Assembly (NCBI GenBank): GCA_944384765.1
Contig: CALWUM010000006.1
Span: 17,799-81,798 of the forward strand
Reading direction: 5' to 3'
Source of the DNA: an uncultured Agathobaculum sp.
GTDB lineage: Bacteria; Bacillota; Clostridia; Oscillospirales; Butyricicoccaceae
DNA: 64,000 nucleotides
Positions 63,692 through 64,000 of the stretch are shown in pieces. The position numbers and the translations under genes are program-made. Below the pieces are notes generated by a model. The model ran no database searches and was not told where the DNA came from. It worked only from the letters and a program-made list of their open reading frames with translations. Position 1 is the stretch's first letter. Each line of letters starts with the position of its first letter.

Positions 63692-64000
63692 ATGGACATC
63701 CGTGTGTTGCAATATTTCCTCGCAGTGGCGCGCGAGCAGTCAATCTCAGGTGCAGCCGAGGCGCTGCACATGACCCAGCCGCCGCTGTCCAAGCAGCTCA
63801 AGGCGCTCGAGGACGAGCTGGGCAAGCAGCTGTTCGTGCGTGGCAGCCGGCATATCACGCTCACGCGCGAGGGTGTGTTGCTGCGCCGCCGGGCGGAGGA
63901 GATCGTCGCGCTGATGGAACGCACGCGTGACGAGATCCGCACGGCGGACGAGGCCGTGACCGGGGACGTATACATCGGCGGCGGCGAGACCGAAGGCATG
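63692..64000 (+). CDS. LysR-family transcriptional regulator, N-terminal fragment (runs off window)
   Basis: MDIRVLQYFLAVAREQSISGAAEALHMTQPPLSKQLKALEDELGKQLFVR is a canonical LysR HTH. Divergent from the acetyltransferase gene. Confidence 0.85.
   Translation, partial: MDIRVLQYFLAVAREQSISGAAEALHMTQPPLSKQLKALEDELGKQLFVRGSRHITLTREGVLLRRRAEEIVALMERTRDEIRTADEAVTGDVYIGGGETEGM

Overview
GC-rich chromosomal core region with the gene content and order of a Firmicutes/Clostridia genome. About 60 CDSs are called, mostly on the minus strand and mostly housekeeping. They include asp23-yloV, pth, an htrA gene next to a two-component system, glmU-prs, pnp-rpsO, and the rsmB-rlmN-stp-prkC-rsgA block. Also present are priA-(GNAT)-def-fmt, coaBC-rpoZ-gmk-remA-yicC, cdaA-cdaR, trkAH, and ptsH-nagA. 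I saw no rRNA, tRNA, CRISPR array, transposase or prophage. Many long ORFs in the six-frame track are antisense shadows of real genes, which is expected at this GC content.

The unexplained signal is in the non-coding DNA:
- (1) A ~1.1 kb array of five tandem ~230 bp units lies at 20155-21285, downstream of the dnaD/dnaI-like genes. Each unit looks like a separate small-RNA gene on the minus strand, with its own promoter-like module, a covarying 5' stem around an AGGGAA hairpin, a long C/U-rich tract and a unit-specific GC hairpin.
- (2) All five units share an unusual promoter layout: three TTCA-type hexamers phased at 11 bp, then exactly 20 nt, then TATACT. The htrA promoter beside the OmpR-family two-component system has the same layout. 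This suggests one CssRS-like envelope-stress regulon.
- (3) A ~180 nt six-hairpin intergenic module occurs twice (97-274 and 40219-40399), with compensatory changes between the copies.
- (4) A ~540 bp hairpin cluster lies between rsmB and rlmN.
- (5) Several promoter-plus-terminator units may be sRNAs or leaders.
- (6) GlmU has a degenerate N-terminal domain.
- (7) HPr carries Arg at the regulatory position 46.

All functional calls rest on motif recognition by eye. No searches or folding programs were run.
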